Below, in pieces: positions 37,365-45,232 of a stretch of DNA of 64,000 nucleotides. Position numbers and translations under genes: made by a program. The notes beneath the pieces were generated by a model, which worked only from the letters and a program-made list of their open reading frames with translations, did not search any database and had not been told where the DNA came from. Each line of letters starts with the position of its first letter. The first letter of the stretch is position 1. This DNA comes from an uncultured Clostridia bacterium (GTDB lineage Bacteria; Bacillota; Clostridia; Christensenellales; UBA1242): contig CAKVHQ010000005.1 of the NCBI GenBank assembly GCA_934749845.1, positions 17,552 through 81,551 on the forward strand, in the 5' to 3' direction.

Positions 37365-38543
37365 ATGGATAGAAAAGTTTATTTAGATGGTGCTAGTGCA
37401 ACATATATCAATAATCAGGTGCTAGCAGAAATGATGCCTGTGCTAACAAACAACTATGCAAGCACTTCAAGTTTGCACAGCATGGGAAACGAAAGCAAAG
37501 AGTTGCTTGAAAAAGCAAGAAGAAGAGTTGCTAAAGGTATTCATGCAAGTTCTCGAGAAATATATTTCACAAGTGGTGAAGATGAAGCAAACACATGGGC
37601 TATTTTGGGACTTTGCAGAGCAAATAGAGATAAAGGTAATCATGTTATTGTTTCAAAAATTGAAAAACCATCAATTTTGAAAGCATGCAAACAACTTGAA
37701 AAAGAAGGCTTTAAAGTTACATACATTCCAGTTGATGAATTTGGCTTTATTAGACTTTCATCTTTAATGCATGAAATAAGAAAAGACACAATTTTGGTTA
37801 GTGTTGGAATTATCAACTATCAAGTTGGAACAATTCAAAACCTTAATGCTATTGCAAGAACTGTTAAGGAAAAGGATATAATCTTCCACTGTGATGCAAC
37901 TTATGCTGTTGGTAATGTTTCAATCAATGTTAAAGAACTAAACATCGATGCTATGACAATTTCTTCAAACAAAATTTATGGCCCAGCAGGTGTTGGTGCA
38001 TTATATGTTAAAGAAAACATCGCTATTGAAAGTTTAATTTATGCAGACGAAGACTTAAAAGAAAAAGCAAATATAGACAATTTGGCAAATATTGTTGGCT
38101 TTGGTAAAGCAGTTGAACTAATAACACAAGATGTAACTTTAAATGCACAAAAATTGCGTCAAATTAGAGAATATCTAACAAAACAAGTTATGGAAAAAAT
38201 CGAAAATGTAACTTTGCTTGGTCACACACATCAAAGAACCGCAAATATTGTTACATTATCATTCCAAAATGTTGACGGAGAAGCACTTTTGTCACTTCTA
38301 GACAGAAAAGGTATTGAAGTTTCAACTTTAAGTATGAACGCAAATTCAAACCACGAAACTCCTCATGTTTTAAAGGCTATGGGAGTTGAAAATATGCTGG
38401 TTAAAAGTGCAATAAGATTTTCAATGGTAAAAAGCACAACAAAAGAAGATATTGACTATGTTGTTGAAAATCTTGCAAAAATTGTTAAACAATTAAGAGA
38501 GTTGTCGCCAGTTAAAATGAACAAACAAGAGAAGGAGGATTAA
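37365..38543 (+). CDS. Class-V aminotransferase-fold NifS/IscS-like protein lacking the catalytic cysteine
   Basis: Collinear with NifS (YLDGASAT, FTSGEDEAN, HCDATYAVG, SSNKIYGPAGVGALY, PHVLKAMG). The SSGSACTS loop reads STLSMNAN, and several PLP contacts are changed. Confidence 0.8.
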   Translation: MDRKVYLDGASATYINNQVLAEMMPVLTNNYASTSSLHSMGNESKELLEKARRRVAKGIHASSREIYFTSGEDEANTWAILGLCRANRDKGNHVIVSKIEKPSILKACKQLEKEGFKVTYIPVDEFGFIRLSSLMHEIRKDTILVSVGIINYQVGTIQNLNAIARTVKEKDIIFHCDATYAVGNVSINVKELNIDAMTISSNKIYGPAGVGALYVKENIAIESLIYADEDLKEKANIDNLANIVGFGKAVELITQDVTLNAQKLRQIREYLTKQVMEKIENVTLLGHTHQRTANIVTLSFQNVDGEALLSLLDRKGIEVSTLSMNANSNHETPHVLKAMGVENMLVKSAIRFSMVKSTTKEDIDYVVENLAKIVKQLRELSPVKMNKQEKED

Positions 38544-38548
38544 GGTCT

Positions 38549-38977
38549 ATGTATAGCGAAAAAGTTTATGAATTATTTGATAATTTAAAAAACAGTGGTC
38601 GTGTTAAAGGTGCAGAAGCAGTAGGTCAAGCTGAAGACAATAATTCTCATGATGTTGTTAAAATTTTTATGCAAATTCAAAATGAAACAGTTGTTGATGC
38701 TAAATTTAAAATTTGCGGAAGTATTGCTTCAATGATTATTGCAGACTATGCAATGGATTTGATAAAAAATTGCACATTAACCGAAGTAAAAGCACTTACA
38801 CTTGATAAGTTAACCGAAAACTTTGTTAATGTTAAAGATTTCGACATCTATAGTGCACGCGTTATTCTAACTGCAATTAAACAAGCTGTTGAAAATTACG
38901 AAGAAAAACAACGAAAAGCACTAATTAAACAATTAAAGGAAGAAGGAAAACCAATTCCAGAAGAATTAAAAAAATAA
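38549..38977 (+). CDS. NifU/IscU N-terminal-domain-like protein with 2 of 3 cluster cysteines replaced
   Basis: MYSEKV start and overall collinearity with IscU/NifU. CGD becomes SHD and HCS becomes YSA. Only the middle Cys (KICGS) is retained. Lys/Glu-rich tail. Confidence 0.7.
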   Translation: MYSEKVYELFDNLKNSGRVKGAEAVGQAEDNNSHDVVKIFMQIQNETVVDAKFKICGSIASMIIADYAMDLIKNCTLTEVKALTLDKLTENFVNVKDFDIYSARVILTAIKQAVENYEEKQRKALIKQLKEEGKPIPEELKK

Positions 38978-38980
38978 ATT

Positions 38981-39003
38981 TCGCACGCTTGTGCGATTTT
39001 TTT
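38981..39003 (+). terminator. Intrinsic terminator after the nifU-like gene
   Basis: TCGCAC-gctt-GTGCGA followed by T7. Confidence 0.8.
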
Positions 39004-39084
39004 GCCAATTTTTAGCAATATAAAAACCGATATTTTTCCTTTGCCTGCACAAAATATATTTGAGCAAAAAGGGAGGAAAAGTTT

Positions 39085-39222
39085 ATGTTAGACGATAAAT
39101 TGATTATTGGAATGGCTTTGGGCTTTATTGTGGGTGCGATTGTTGCTCATAGTAGTAAAAAAGTTCAACAAGTTATGGACGATGGAAAAGAAATGATTAA
39201 AGAAAAAATTGAACAAATGTAA
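39085..39222 (+). CDS. Small membrane-anchored protein (45 aa, YtxH-like), below the ORF-track size cutoff
   Basis: GGGAGG SD 8 nt upstream of ATG. MLDDKLIIGMALGFIVGAIVAHSSKKVQQVMDDGKEMIKEKIEQM: one TM segment plus an amphipathic tail. Own terminator. Confidence 0.55.
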   Translation: MLDDKLIIGMALGFIVGAIVAHSSKKVQQVMDDGKEMIKEKIEQM

Positions 39223-39230
39223 ACTACATA

Positions 39231-39257
39231 AAAGGTGCAAATTATTGCACTTTTTTT
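39231..39257 (+). terminator. Intrinsic terminator after the 45-aa ORF
   Basis: GTGCAA-atta-TTGCAC followed by T7. Confidence 0.7.
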
Positions 39258-39267
39258 ATTTTTGGTA

Positions 39268-39296
39268 TTGCATTCAACTTTTGCCTATGTTATAAT
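39268..39296 (+). promoter_or_regulatory. Sigma-A-type promoter of the DUF4116 gene
   Basis: TTGCAT (39268-39273), 17 nt, TATAAT (39291-39296). Confidence 0.55.
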
Positions 39297-39324
39297 TTAT
39301 CTAGAAATTTTTGGGGGCAAAATA

Positions 39325-40242
39325 ATGGAATTTGAAGACAGACTAAAACTAATTGAAGAACTAAAAATGGGCGTAGTAAAACTTTCAACTTTGCCACTAG
39401 ACCTTCGTGATGATGAAGAAATAGTGCTAGCGGGAATTTATCACGACCCAGATGAATTAAAATCTGCTAGCGACAGGCTAAAAGCAAACGAAGATATTGC
39501 TTTATACGCTATTTCAAGAAATATTGAATGCATAGAATATCTTTCGCCAGAACTATTTAGTAATAAATCTTTTGCGATGAAAGCCGTTTCAATTTCAAGA
39601 ATCGTTTTTCCTCATTTAACCGACCATTTAAAAGACGACTACGATGTTGCACTAAAAGCCGTTGAACATTATGGCGACCTATTAGAGCATGTTTCGACAA
39701 GATTACAATCAAACAGAAATATCGTGCTTAATGCGGTTAAAAATTGTCCTTATGCTTTGGAGTTTGCTCCAAGCGAATTTAGAAGCGACAAAGTTTTAAT
39801 TTTGGACGCTTTAAAAGCATCTCATTGGAAAAATATTATCTTTTTGCAACTTATTGCCGATAGTTTGAAAAATGATAAGAAATTTGCTTCAAAAATAGTT
39901 AGAAAAAATGGTCTAGCTATAAAATATTTCTCTTTTGAAATTAGAAGCGATAAAGATTTGGTAACTCAAGCAGTAATAAACGATGCTAGAGCTTATGAAT
40001 ATGCTTCTAGAGAAGTAAGAAACATTCCAGAACTAGTTGCGATTGTTTTATTAAATAATTGCTCAATGGAAAATAAATCAAGATATAACAATTTAGGCAA
40101 AATTGAGTACATTATTCCAAGAGAAGCATTAAAACAAGCAAAAGAAATTGTTAAAAACACACAACTAGAAATGCAACTTAAAAAGGCTAAAAAGTTAAAA
40201 AAAGCTGAAACAAATCAAGATGAAGAATATTTGTCATATTAA
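39325..40242 (+). CDS. DUF4116 repeat-containing protein
   Basis: Repeated ~25-50-aa units of the form L(K/R)xD(K/E)(E/D)(I/V/L)xLxA(V/I)xxxxxxxxYxSxE(L/I)(K/R), at least 8 by eye. ATG 39325 is preferred because the ORF-track start at 39235 overlaps the upstream terminator and promoter. Confidence 0.75.
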   Translation: MEFEDRLKLIEELKMGVVKLSTLPLDLRDDEEIVLAGIYHDPDELKSASDRLKANEDIALYAISRNIECIEYLSPELFSNKSFAMKAVSISRIVFPHLTDHLKDDYDVALKAVEHYGDLLEHVSTRLQSNRNIVLNAVKNCPYALEFAPSEFRSDKVLILDALKASHWKNIIFLQLIADSLKNDKKFASKIVRKNGLAIKYFSFEIRSDKDLVTQAVINDARAYEYASREVRNIPELVAIVLLNNCSMENKSRYNNLGKIEYIIPREALKQAKEIVKNTQLEMQLKKAKKLKKAETNQDEEYLSY

Positions 40243-40246
40243 AACT

Positions 40247-40276
40247 AACTTGTCTATTTTTGTAGGCAAGTTTTTT
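40247..40276 (+). terminator. Intrinsic terminator after the DUF4116 gene
   Basis: AACTTGTCT-8nt-AGGCAAGTT (one G-U pair) followed by T6. Confidence 0.7.
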
Positions 40277-40303
40277 AAAAATTTAATTTTATTAAAAAAT
40301 AAC

Positions 40304-40331
40304 TTGCAAATTTGGAAAAATATGCTAAAAT
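40304..40331 (+). promoter_or_regulatory. Sigma-A-type promoter of ruvX
   Basis: TTGCAA (40304-40309), 16 nt, TGcTAAAAT (40323-40331). Confidence 0.55.
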
Positions 40332-40348
40332 GACAATGGAGACTATGC

Positions 40349-40753
40349 ATGAAGAAGATAGGGCTAGATTTAGGTAAGGCAAGAGTTGGAATTGCTATGA
40401 GTGACATTCTTGGAATTTTAGCAAGTCCATACGAAACTTGGCAATCGAAAGGAATTGACCGAGATGTTGAACATGTTGCCGAACTTGCTCAAAAATTTAG
40501 TGTAGACACGGTTGTGTGTGGGTTTCCGCTTAACATGGACGGCACAGAAAGTGAAATGAGCCAGTATGCAAAAGATTTTTGTGAAAGATTAAAACAAAAA
40601 ATTTCGGCAAAAATAGTTTTGCAAGATGAAAGACTTTCTTCGGTTGAAGCGGAGGAATACTTAAACGACTGCAATAAACGAGGAAAAAAAAGAAAAGCAG
40701 TTTTAGACCAAGTTTCTGCATGTATAATTTTGCAATCTTATCTTGATGCTTAA
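40349..40753 (+). CDS. ruvX: Putative pre-16S rRNA nuclease / Holliday junction resolvase-like YqgF (RuvX)
   Basis: 134 aa with IGLDLGKARVGIAMSD N-terminus, DERLSS, and ILQSYLD C-terminus. Confidence 0.9.
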   Translation: MKKIGLDLGKARVGIAMSDILGILASPYETWQSKGIDRDVEHVAELAQKFSVDTVVCGFPLNMDGTESEMSQYAKDFCERLKQKISAKIVLQDERLSSVEAEEYLNDCNKRGKKRKAVLDQVSACIILQSYLDA

Positions 40754-40773
40754 AAATATGGAGGTATTTTGAA

Positions 40774-41091
40774 ATGGAAGAAAAAGATCCAATCGAGGCA
40801 TTGTTAGACCCTCAAAACACAGAAAATATCAAGTTGTATGATGAAAACGACAAAGAAATTGAATTTGAACAAATTGCGTTAATTCCGCTTAACAATTCTG
40901 TATATGTTTTGCTTAGACCAATCGACAAAATGGAAGGTGTAGGTGAAGACGAAGCAGTTGTTTTTGAACTTGTTGATGATGCAGAAAATGGCGACACTCT
41001 TCACATTGTTATGGAAGACGAGACCATTGATTTAGTATTTAACGAATACAAGAAAATGATTGAAGCAGAAGACGGCAAAAATTCAAAGTAG
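40774..41091 (+). CDS. DUF1292 (UPF0473/YrzB-like) protein
   Basis: 105 aa, acidic. DENDKEIEFEQIALIPLNNSVYVLLRP core. Conserved position after ruvX. Confidence 0.8.
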   Translation: MEEKDPIEALLDPQNTENIKLYDENDKEIEFEQIALIPLNNSVYVLLRPIDKMEGVGEDEAVVFELVDDAENGDTLHIVMEDETIDLVFNEYKKMIEAEDGKNSK

Positions 41092-41107
41092 TTTTTTGAT
41101 TGAACAT

Positions 41108-41137
41108 AAAATCCACAACTTGATTGTGGATTTTTTT
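41108..41137 (+). terminator. Intrinsic terminator after the DUF1292 gene
   Basis: ATCCACAA-cttga-TTGTGGAT followed by T7. Confidence 0.8.
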
Positions 41138-41158
41138 ATTGCATAAGGAGTTGAAATT

Positions 41159-41176
41159 ATGTGGATAGAACTTTAA
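41159..41176 (+). promoter_or_regulatory. Candidate 5-codon leader peptide uORF (MWIEL)
   Basis: AAGGAG (41145-41150) 8 nt upstream of ATG 41159. The stop TAA 41174-41176 lies inside the left arm of the downstream hairpin. Confidence 0.4.
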
Positions 41177-41192
41177 ATAGATTTATTTAAAG
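41171..41192 (+). promoter_or_regulatory. Hairpin sequestering the 5' half of the ABC-F Shine-Dalgarno
   Basis: Perfect 9-bp stem CTTTAAATA (41171-41179) / TATTTAAAG (41184-41192) with a 4-nt loop. The SD AAGGAG is at 41190-41195. Confidence 0.5.
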
Positions 41193-41200
41193 GAGTGTTT

Positions 41201-42709
41201 ATGATAGAAATAAATAAAATTACAAAAGAATATGCAGATAAAGTCTTGTTTAAAGATTTTAGCACCACGATTTATGATGGAGAAAAAGTGGGAATTGTTG
41301 GCGCTAACGGCAGTGGAAAAACCACTTTAATGAACATAATTGCATGCCAAGAATTTGTTGATAAAGGCAATGTTCACACTTTTAATTCTAAATTTGGATA
41401 CTTAAAACAAGTTTCATCTTATCAAAGTCAGAATTTTTATGAATTATGCGAGCAGTTGCCAAAGTTAAAAGAATTTTTAAAAATCAAAAGCCAACTTGGG
41501 CTTAAAACCGACATTGATTTTTCAAAACAAAGATTAAAAAACCTTTCGTTTGGAGAAAAAGTTAAACTTATGCTTGCAAAAGTGCTGTGCGAAGAGCCTA
41601 ATGTTTTGCTTCTTGATGAGCCAACCAATCATTTAGACCAAGAAGGGATTGAATGGCTTATAAAAACAATAAAAAATTTAGAAATTACTGTAATTGTAAT
41701 CTCGCATGATAGGTATTTTTTAAATCAGGTGGTTAACAAAATTTACGAAATTGAAAATGGTCAAATAAATGAATTTTATGGCGACTATGATGCTTACGAA
41801 CTACAAAAAAATGAGAAATTAGAACATGAAAAAAAAGAGTATTACGAAAAAGTTGAGCAAAATAAAAAACTAGAAAAACAAGTTGCTCAATTAAAGCAAA
41901 ATACCGCTCAACTAGTAAGAGCCACAAGACGAGATGGCTCGGCAGACAGAAGAAGCAAGGGCTATAAAGATTCTGTTCAAAAAAAAGTTAAAAAGTTGGC
42001 AAATCAAGTTGGCGCAAAAACTAATAGGCTTGAAAAAATGAAGCAAGAATTGGGCGAAAAGCCTTTTGAACAAAAAGAAATTTACTACTCGCTAAAAAGT
42101 GGCGAGTTTGGCAGTAAAACACTTTTAACTGTTGAAAATTTAAAAAAATGTTTTGATAGTCGAGTTATTTTTGAAAATACATCTTTCACTTTAAATTTTG
42201 GCGATAAACTTGCTGTTTGCGGTCCGAATGGTTGCGGAAAAACTACTTTACTAAAAATACTTTTGGGTAAAGATAAGGATTATGAAGGAGAAGTTTGGAA
42301 GTCGCCTTCGGTTAAAATTGCCTATCTATCGCAAGATGTTTTAGACCTTGATGAAAATTTAACAGTTATGCAAATGGCAAGGCAAAATGGCAAAGAGATG
42401 ACAACTCAATTTTTATCCAATCTTGCAAACATGGGGTTAACCAAACAGGTTTTTGAAAGAAAAATCTCTTCACTTTCGCTTGGCGAGAGAACGAGATTAA
42501 AACTTTGCGAACTTATTTTAAGCGATTATAACTTGCTTGTTTTAGATGAACCTACCAATCATTTAGACTTGCCAAACAGAGTGTTTTTAGAGCGAGTTTT
42601 AAAAGATTATAATGGAACACTGCTTGTAGTTAGTCACGACAGGCTTTTGCTGTCAAAAGTATGTAATAAATTTTTAGTTTTTAAAGACCAAAAGTTTGAA
42701 ATAGTATAA
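41201..42709 (+). CDS. ABC-F family ATPase (two NBDs, short inter-domain linker; ARE-like architecture)
   Basis: Two Walker A motifs (GANGSGKTT, GPNGCGKTT), two signature motifs (LSFGEK, LSLGER), two Walker B motifs (LLLDEPTNHLD, LVLDEPTNHLD). No TM domain. ~80-aa charged linker. ATG 41201 is preferred over the GTG at 41195. Confidence 0.9.
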   Translation: MIEINKITKEYADKVLFKDFSTTIYDGEKVGIVGANGSGKTTLMNIIACQEFVDKGNVHTFNSKFGYLKQVSSYQSQNFYELCEQLPKLKEFLKIKSQLGLKTDIDFSKQRLKNLSFGEKVKLMLAKVLCEEPNVLLLDEPTNHLDQEGIEWLIKTIKNLEITVIVISHDRYFLNQVVNKIYEIENGQINEFYGDYDAYELQKNEKLEHEKKEYYEKVEQNKKLEKQVAQLKQNTAQLVRATRRDGSADRRSKGYKDSVQKKVKKLANQVGAKTNRLEKMKQELGEKPFEQKEIYYSLKSGEFGSKTLLTVENLKKCFDSRVIFENTSFTLNFGDKLAVCGPNGCGKTTLLKILLGKDKDYEGEVWKSPSVKIAYLSQDVLDLDENLTVMQMARQNGKEMTTQFLSNLANMGLTKQVFERKISSLSLGERTRLKLCELILSDYNLLVLDEPTNHLDLPNRVFLERVLKDYNGTLLVVSHDRLLLSKVCNKFLVFKDQKFEIV

Positions 42710-42711
42710 TA

Positions 42712-42742
42712 AAAAGTCACAGCCTTTTGCTGTGATTTTTTT
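42712..42742 (+). terminator. Intrinsic terminator after the ABC-F gene
   Basis: TCACAGC-ctttt-GCTGTGA followed by T7. Confidence 0.8.
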
Positions 42743-42765
42743 GTTAAAAAAGTTTGCAAAATTTA

Positions 42766-42794
42766 TTGCAATAATATTTATTATATGCTAATAT
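42766..42794 (+). promoter_or_regulatory. Sigma-A-type promoter of rpsB-tsf, followed by a ~115-nt structured leader
   Basis: TTGCAA (42766-42771), 17 nt, TGcTAATAT (42786-42794). The leader contains nested stems (TGCTA...CCTTA-aaac-TAAGG...TAGCA). Confidence 0.5.
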
Positions 42795-42911
42795 AGATTG
42801 TTTCAAAATACACACCAAGAGTAGATTTGCTAGCCGTTGCCTTAAAACTAAGGTTGTTAGCAGAGTTTTAAAACACTTGGGAGGCTTAAAAACAAGGAGG
42901 AAAAAAATTTT

Positions 42912-43820
42912 ATGTCAGTTATTTCGATGAAACAATTACTAGAAGCAGGTGTTCACTTTGGACATCAAACAAGAAAATGGAACCCAAAAATGGCTAAGTA
43001 CATTTTCACAGCAAGAAATGATATTCATGTTATCAATCTTGAACAAACTGTTGAACTTATCGACAGTGCCTATGCTTATGTTAAAGAACAAGCAGCACAA
43101 GGCAAAACATTCTTGTTCGTAGGAACAAAAAAACAAGCACAAGATGCAATTAAAGAAGAAGCAGAAAGATGCGGTATGTACTACATTAACTCTCGTTGGC
43201 TTGGTGGTACACTCACAAACTTCAAAACAATTCGTTCAAGAATTGAAAGATTGAACAAATTAACACAAATGGAAAAAACAGGTGAGTTCGACCTTCTTCC
43301 TAAAAAAGAAGTTGCAGAACTTAAGAAAGAACAAGAAAAACTTAACAAGTTCTTGGGCGGAATTAAGGATATGACAAAATTGCCAAATGTAATTATTGTT
43401 GTTGACTCTAAAAAAGAACACATTTGCGTTAAAGAAGCAAAAGCACTTAACATTCCAGTTGTTGGCTTAATCGACACAAACTGTGACCCAGATTACATTG
43501 ATGTTGTTATTCCAGCAAACGACGATGCAATTCGTTCAGTAAAATTGATTGTTGGCGCACTTGCAGATGCTATTATCGAAGCAAGAGAAGGCGAAGAAGC
43601 AGTTAAGGCAACAAAAGCAGAAGACGAAGAAACTGTTGACATGAACACAGTTATGGAAGAAATCAAGGCAGAAGAAAAACTTGAACCAGTAGTTGAAGAA
43701 AAGAAACCTGCAAAAAAACCTGCAAAAAAAGCAGTTAAAGCAGAAAAAACAGAAGAACCAGCAGTTGTTGCAGAAGAACCTGTAAAAAAGACAACAAGAA
43801 AATCAAAAAAAGCTGAATAA
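42912..43820 (+). CDS. rpsB: 30S ribosomal protein S2 with Lys/Glu/Ala/Pro-rich C-terminal extension
   Basis: [27 protein letters not shown]... ~70 extra low-complexity residues ([15 protein letters not shown]...). Confidence 0.97.
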   Translation: MSVISMKQLLEAGVHFGHQTRKWNPKMAKYIFTARNDIHVINLEQTVELIDSAYAYVKEQAAQGKTFLFVGTKKQAQDAIKEEAERCGMYYINSRWLGGTLTNFKTIRSRIERLNKLTQMEKTGEFDLLPKKEVAELKKEQEKLNKFLGGIKDMTKLPNVIIVVDSKKEHICVKEAKALNIPVVGLIDTNCDPDYIDVVIPANDDAIRSVKLIVGALADAIIEAREGEEAVKATKAEDEETVDMNTVMEEIKAEEKLEPVVEEKKPAKKPAKKAVKAEKTEEPAVVAEEPVKKTTRKSKKAE

Positions 43821-43831
43821 GGAGATATTTT

Positions 43832-44479
43832 ATGTTTACAGCACAAGATATTGTTAAATTAAGAGAAAAAACCGGTGCAGGAATGATGGATTGCAAAAAT
43901 GCATTAAAAGAATGTGACGGAAATATGGACAAAGCGATTGACTATTTGAGAGAAAAGGGAATCGCAAAGGCTGCTAAAAAAGCAGACAGAATCGCAGCAG
44001 AAGGTTTAGTTGAAAGTTATATTCACATGGGCGGAAAAATCGGTGTTCTTGTTGAAGTTAACTGTGAAACAGATTTCGTTGCTCGTTCAGATGCGTTCAA
44101 AACACTTGTAAAAGATATTGCAATGCAAATTGCAGCACAAAGCCCAAAATGCGTTCGTAGAGAAGAAGCAGACATGGCTGATGTTGAAAAAGAAAGAGAA
44201 ATTATGCGTGCTGAAGTGCTTAACGAAGGCAAACCAGCAGCAGTTGTAGACAGAATTGTTGATGGCAAAATTAACAAATACTACAGTGAAATTTGCTTGA
44301 TGGAACAACCATTCATCAAAGACCCATCAAAAACAATTACAGAAATTGTTAACGAAGCAATTTTGTCTATTGGCGAAAAAATTACTGTTAGAAGATTCGT
44401 TCGTTACGAAATGGGCGAAGGTCTTGAAAAAAGACATGATAACTTTGCAGAAGAAGTTATGAGCCAAATGAAAAAGTAA
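43832..44479 (+). CDS. tsf: Elongation factor Ts (short form)
   Basis: VKLREKTGAGMMDCKNALKECDGNMDKAIDYLREKG UBA-like N-terminus. 215 aa. Confidence 0.95.
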   Translation: MFTAQDIVKLREKTGAGMMDCKNALKECDGNMDKAIDYLREKGIAKAAKKADRIAAEGLVESYIHMGGKIGVLVEVNCETDFVARSDAFKTLVKDIAMQIAAQSPKCVRREEADMADVEKEREIMRAEVLNEGKPAAVVDRIVDGKINKYYSEICLMEQPFIKDPSKTITEIVNEAILSIGEKITVRRFVRYEMGEGLEKRHDNFAEEVMSQMKK

Positions 44480-44502
44480 TTTTAGTTATCATTCTACAAA
44501 TT

Positions 44503-44536
44503 AAGCAAACAAGTTATTATATTTGTTTGCTTTTTT
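44503..44536 (+). terminator. Intrinsic terminator after tsf
   Basis: AAGCAAACAA-10nt-TTGTTTGCTT followed by T-rich sequence. Confidence 0.75.
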
Positions 44537-44585
44537 CTTGTTAAAACTATAAACTATAAATAGTATATAAATAGGGAGAAATTTT

Positions 44586-45155
44586 ATGAAATACAGTACA
44601 AAACAAGAAGCCTTTGATGCTTATAAACTTGGTCTTGAAAAGGCAATAGAGCATTTTAAAGGGGAACTTTCTGTTGTTAGAGCAGGCAGAGCAAATCCAA
44701 AGATTTTGGATAGAGTTATGGTGGACTACTATGGCTCACAAACACCATTAAATCAAATGAGCAACATCACCGTTCCAGAACCAAGAACATTGCTTATAAA
44801 TGTTTGGGATATGAGTGCGTTTAAAGAAGTTATTAAATCATTAAACGAAGCAAATTTGGGCGTAAATGTTAGTGATGACGGCAAAAGCATTCGTTTAACA
44901 TTCCCTCAATTAACACAAGACAGAAGACTTGAACTTGTTAAAGGAATTAAAAAAACTGCCGAAGAAAACAGAATTTCACTTCGTAACGAAAGAAGAGAAA
45001 TTATGGACGAATTAAAAGAACAAAAGAAGAATAATATTATAACCGAAGATGAACAATCAGGTGCAGAAAAAGAAGTTCAAAAAATTCTTGACTCTTATAA
45101 CGCAAAGATTGATGAATTACTTGCACAAAAAGAAAAAGAAATTATGGAAGTTTAA
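44586..45155 (+). CDS. frr: Ribosome recycling factor
   Basis: 189 aa with LSVVRAGRANPKILD, ITVPEPRTL, LTQDRR. Confidence 0.97.
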   Translation: MKYSTKQEAFDAYKLGLEKAIEHFKGELSVVRAGRANPKILDRVMVDYYGSQTPLNQMSNITVPEPRTLLINVWDMSAFKEVIKSLNEANLGVNVSDDGKSIRLTFPQLTQDRRLELVKGIKKTAEENRISLRNERREIMDELKEQKKNNIITEDEQSGAEKEVQKILDSYNAKIDELLAQKEKEIMEV

Positions 45156-45232
45156 TTGCTAAAAACTTATAACAAAAGAAATATTATTTTCATAAGTATT
45201 TAGTAAGCATTTTAATTGTTATAAGGAGTTTT

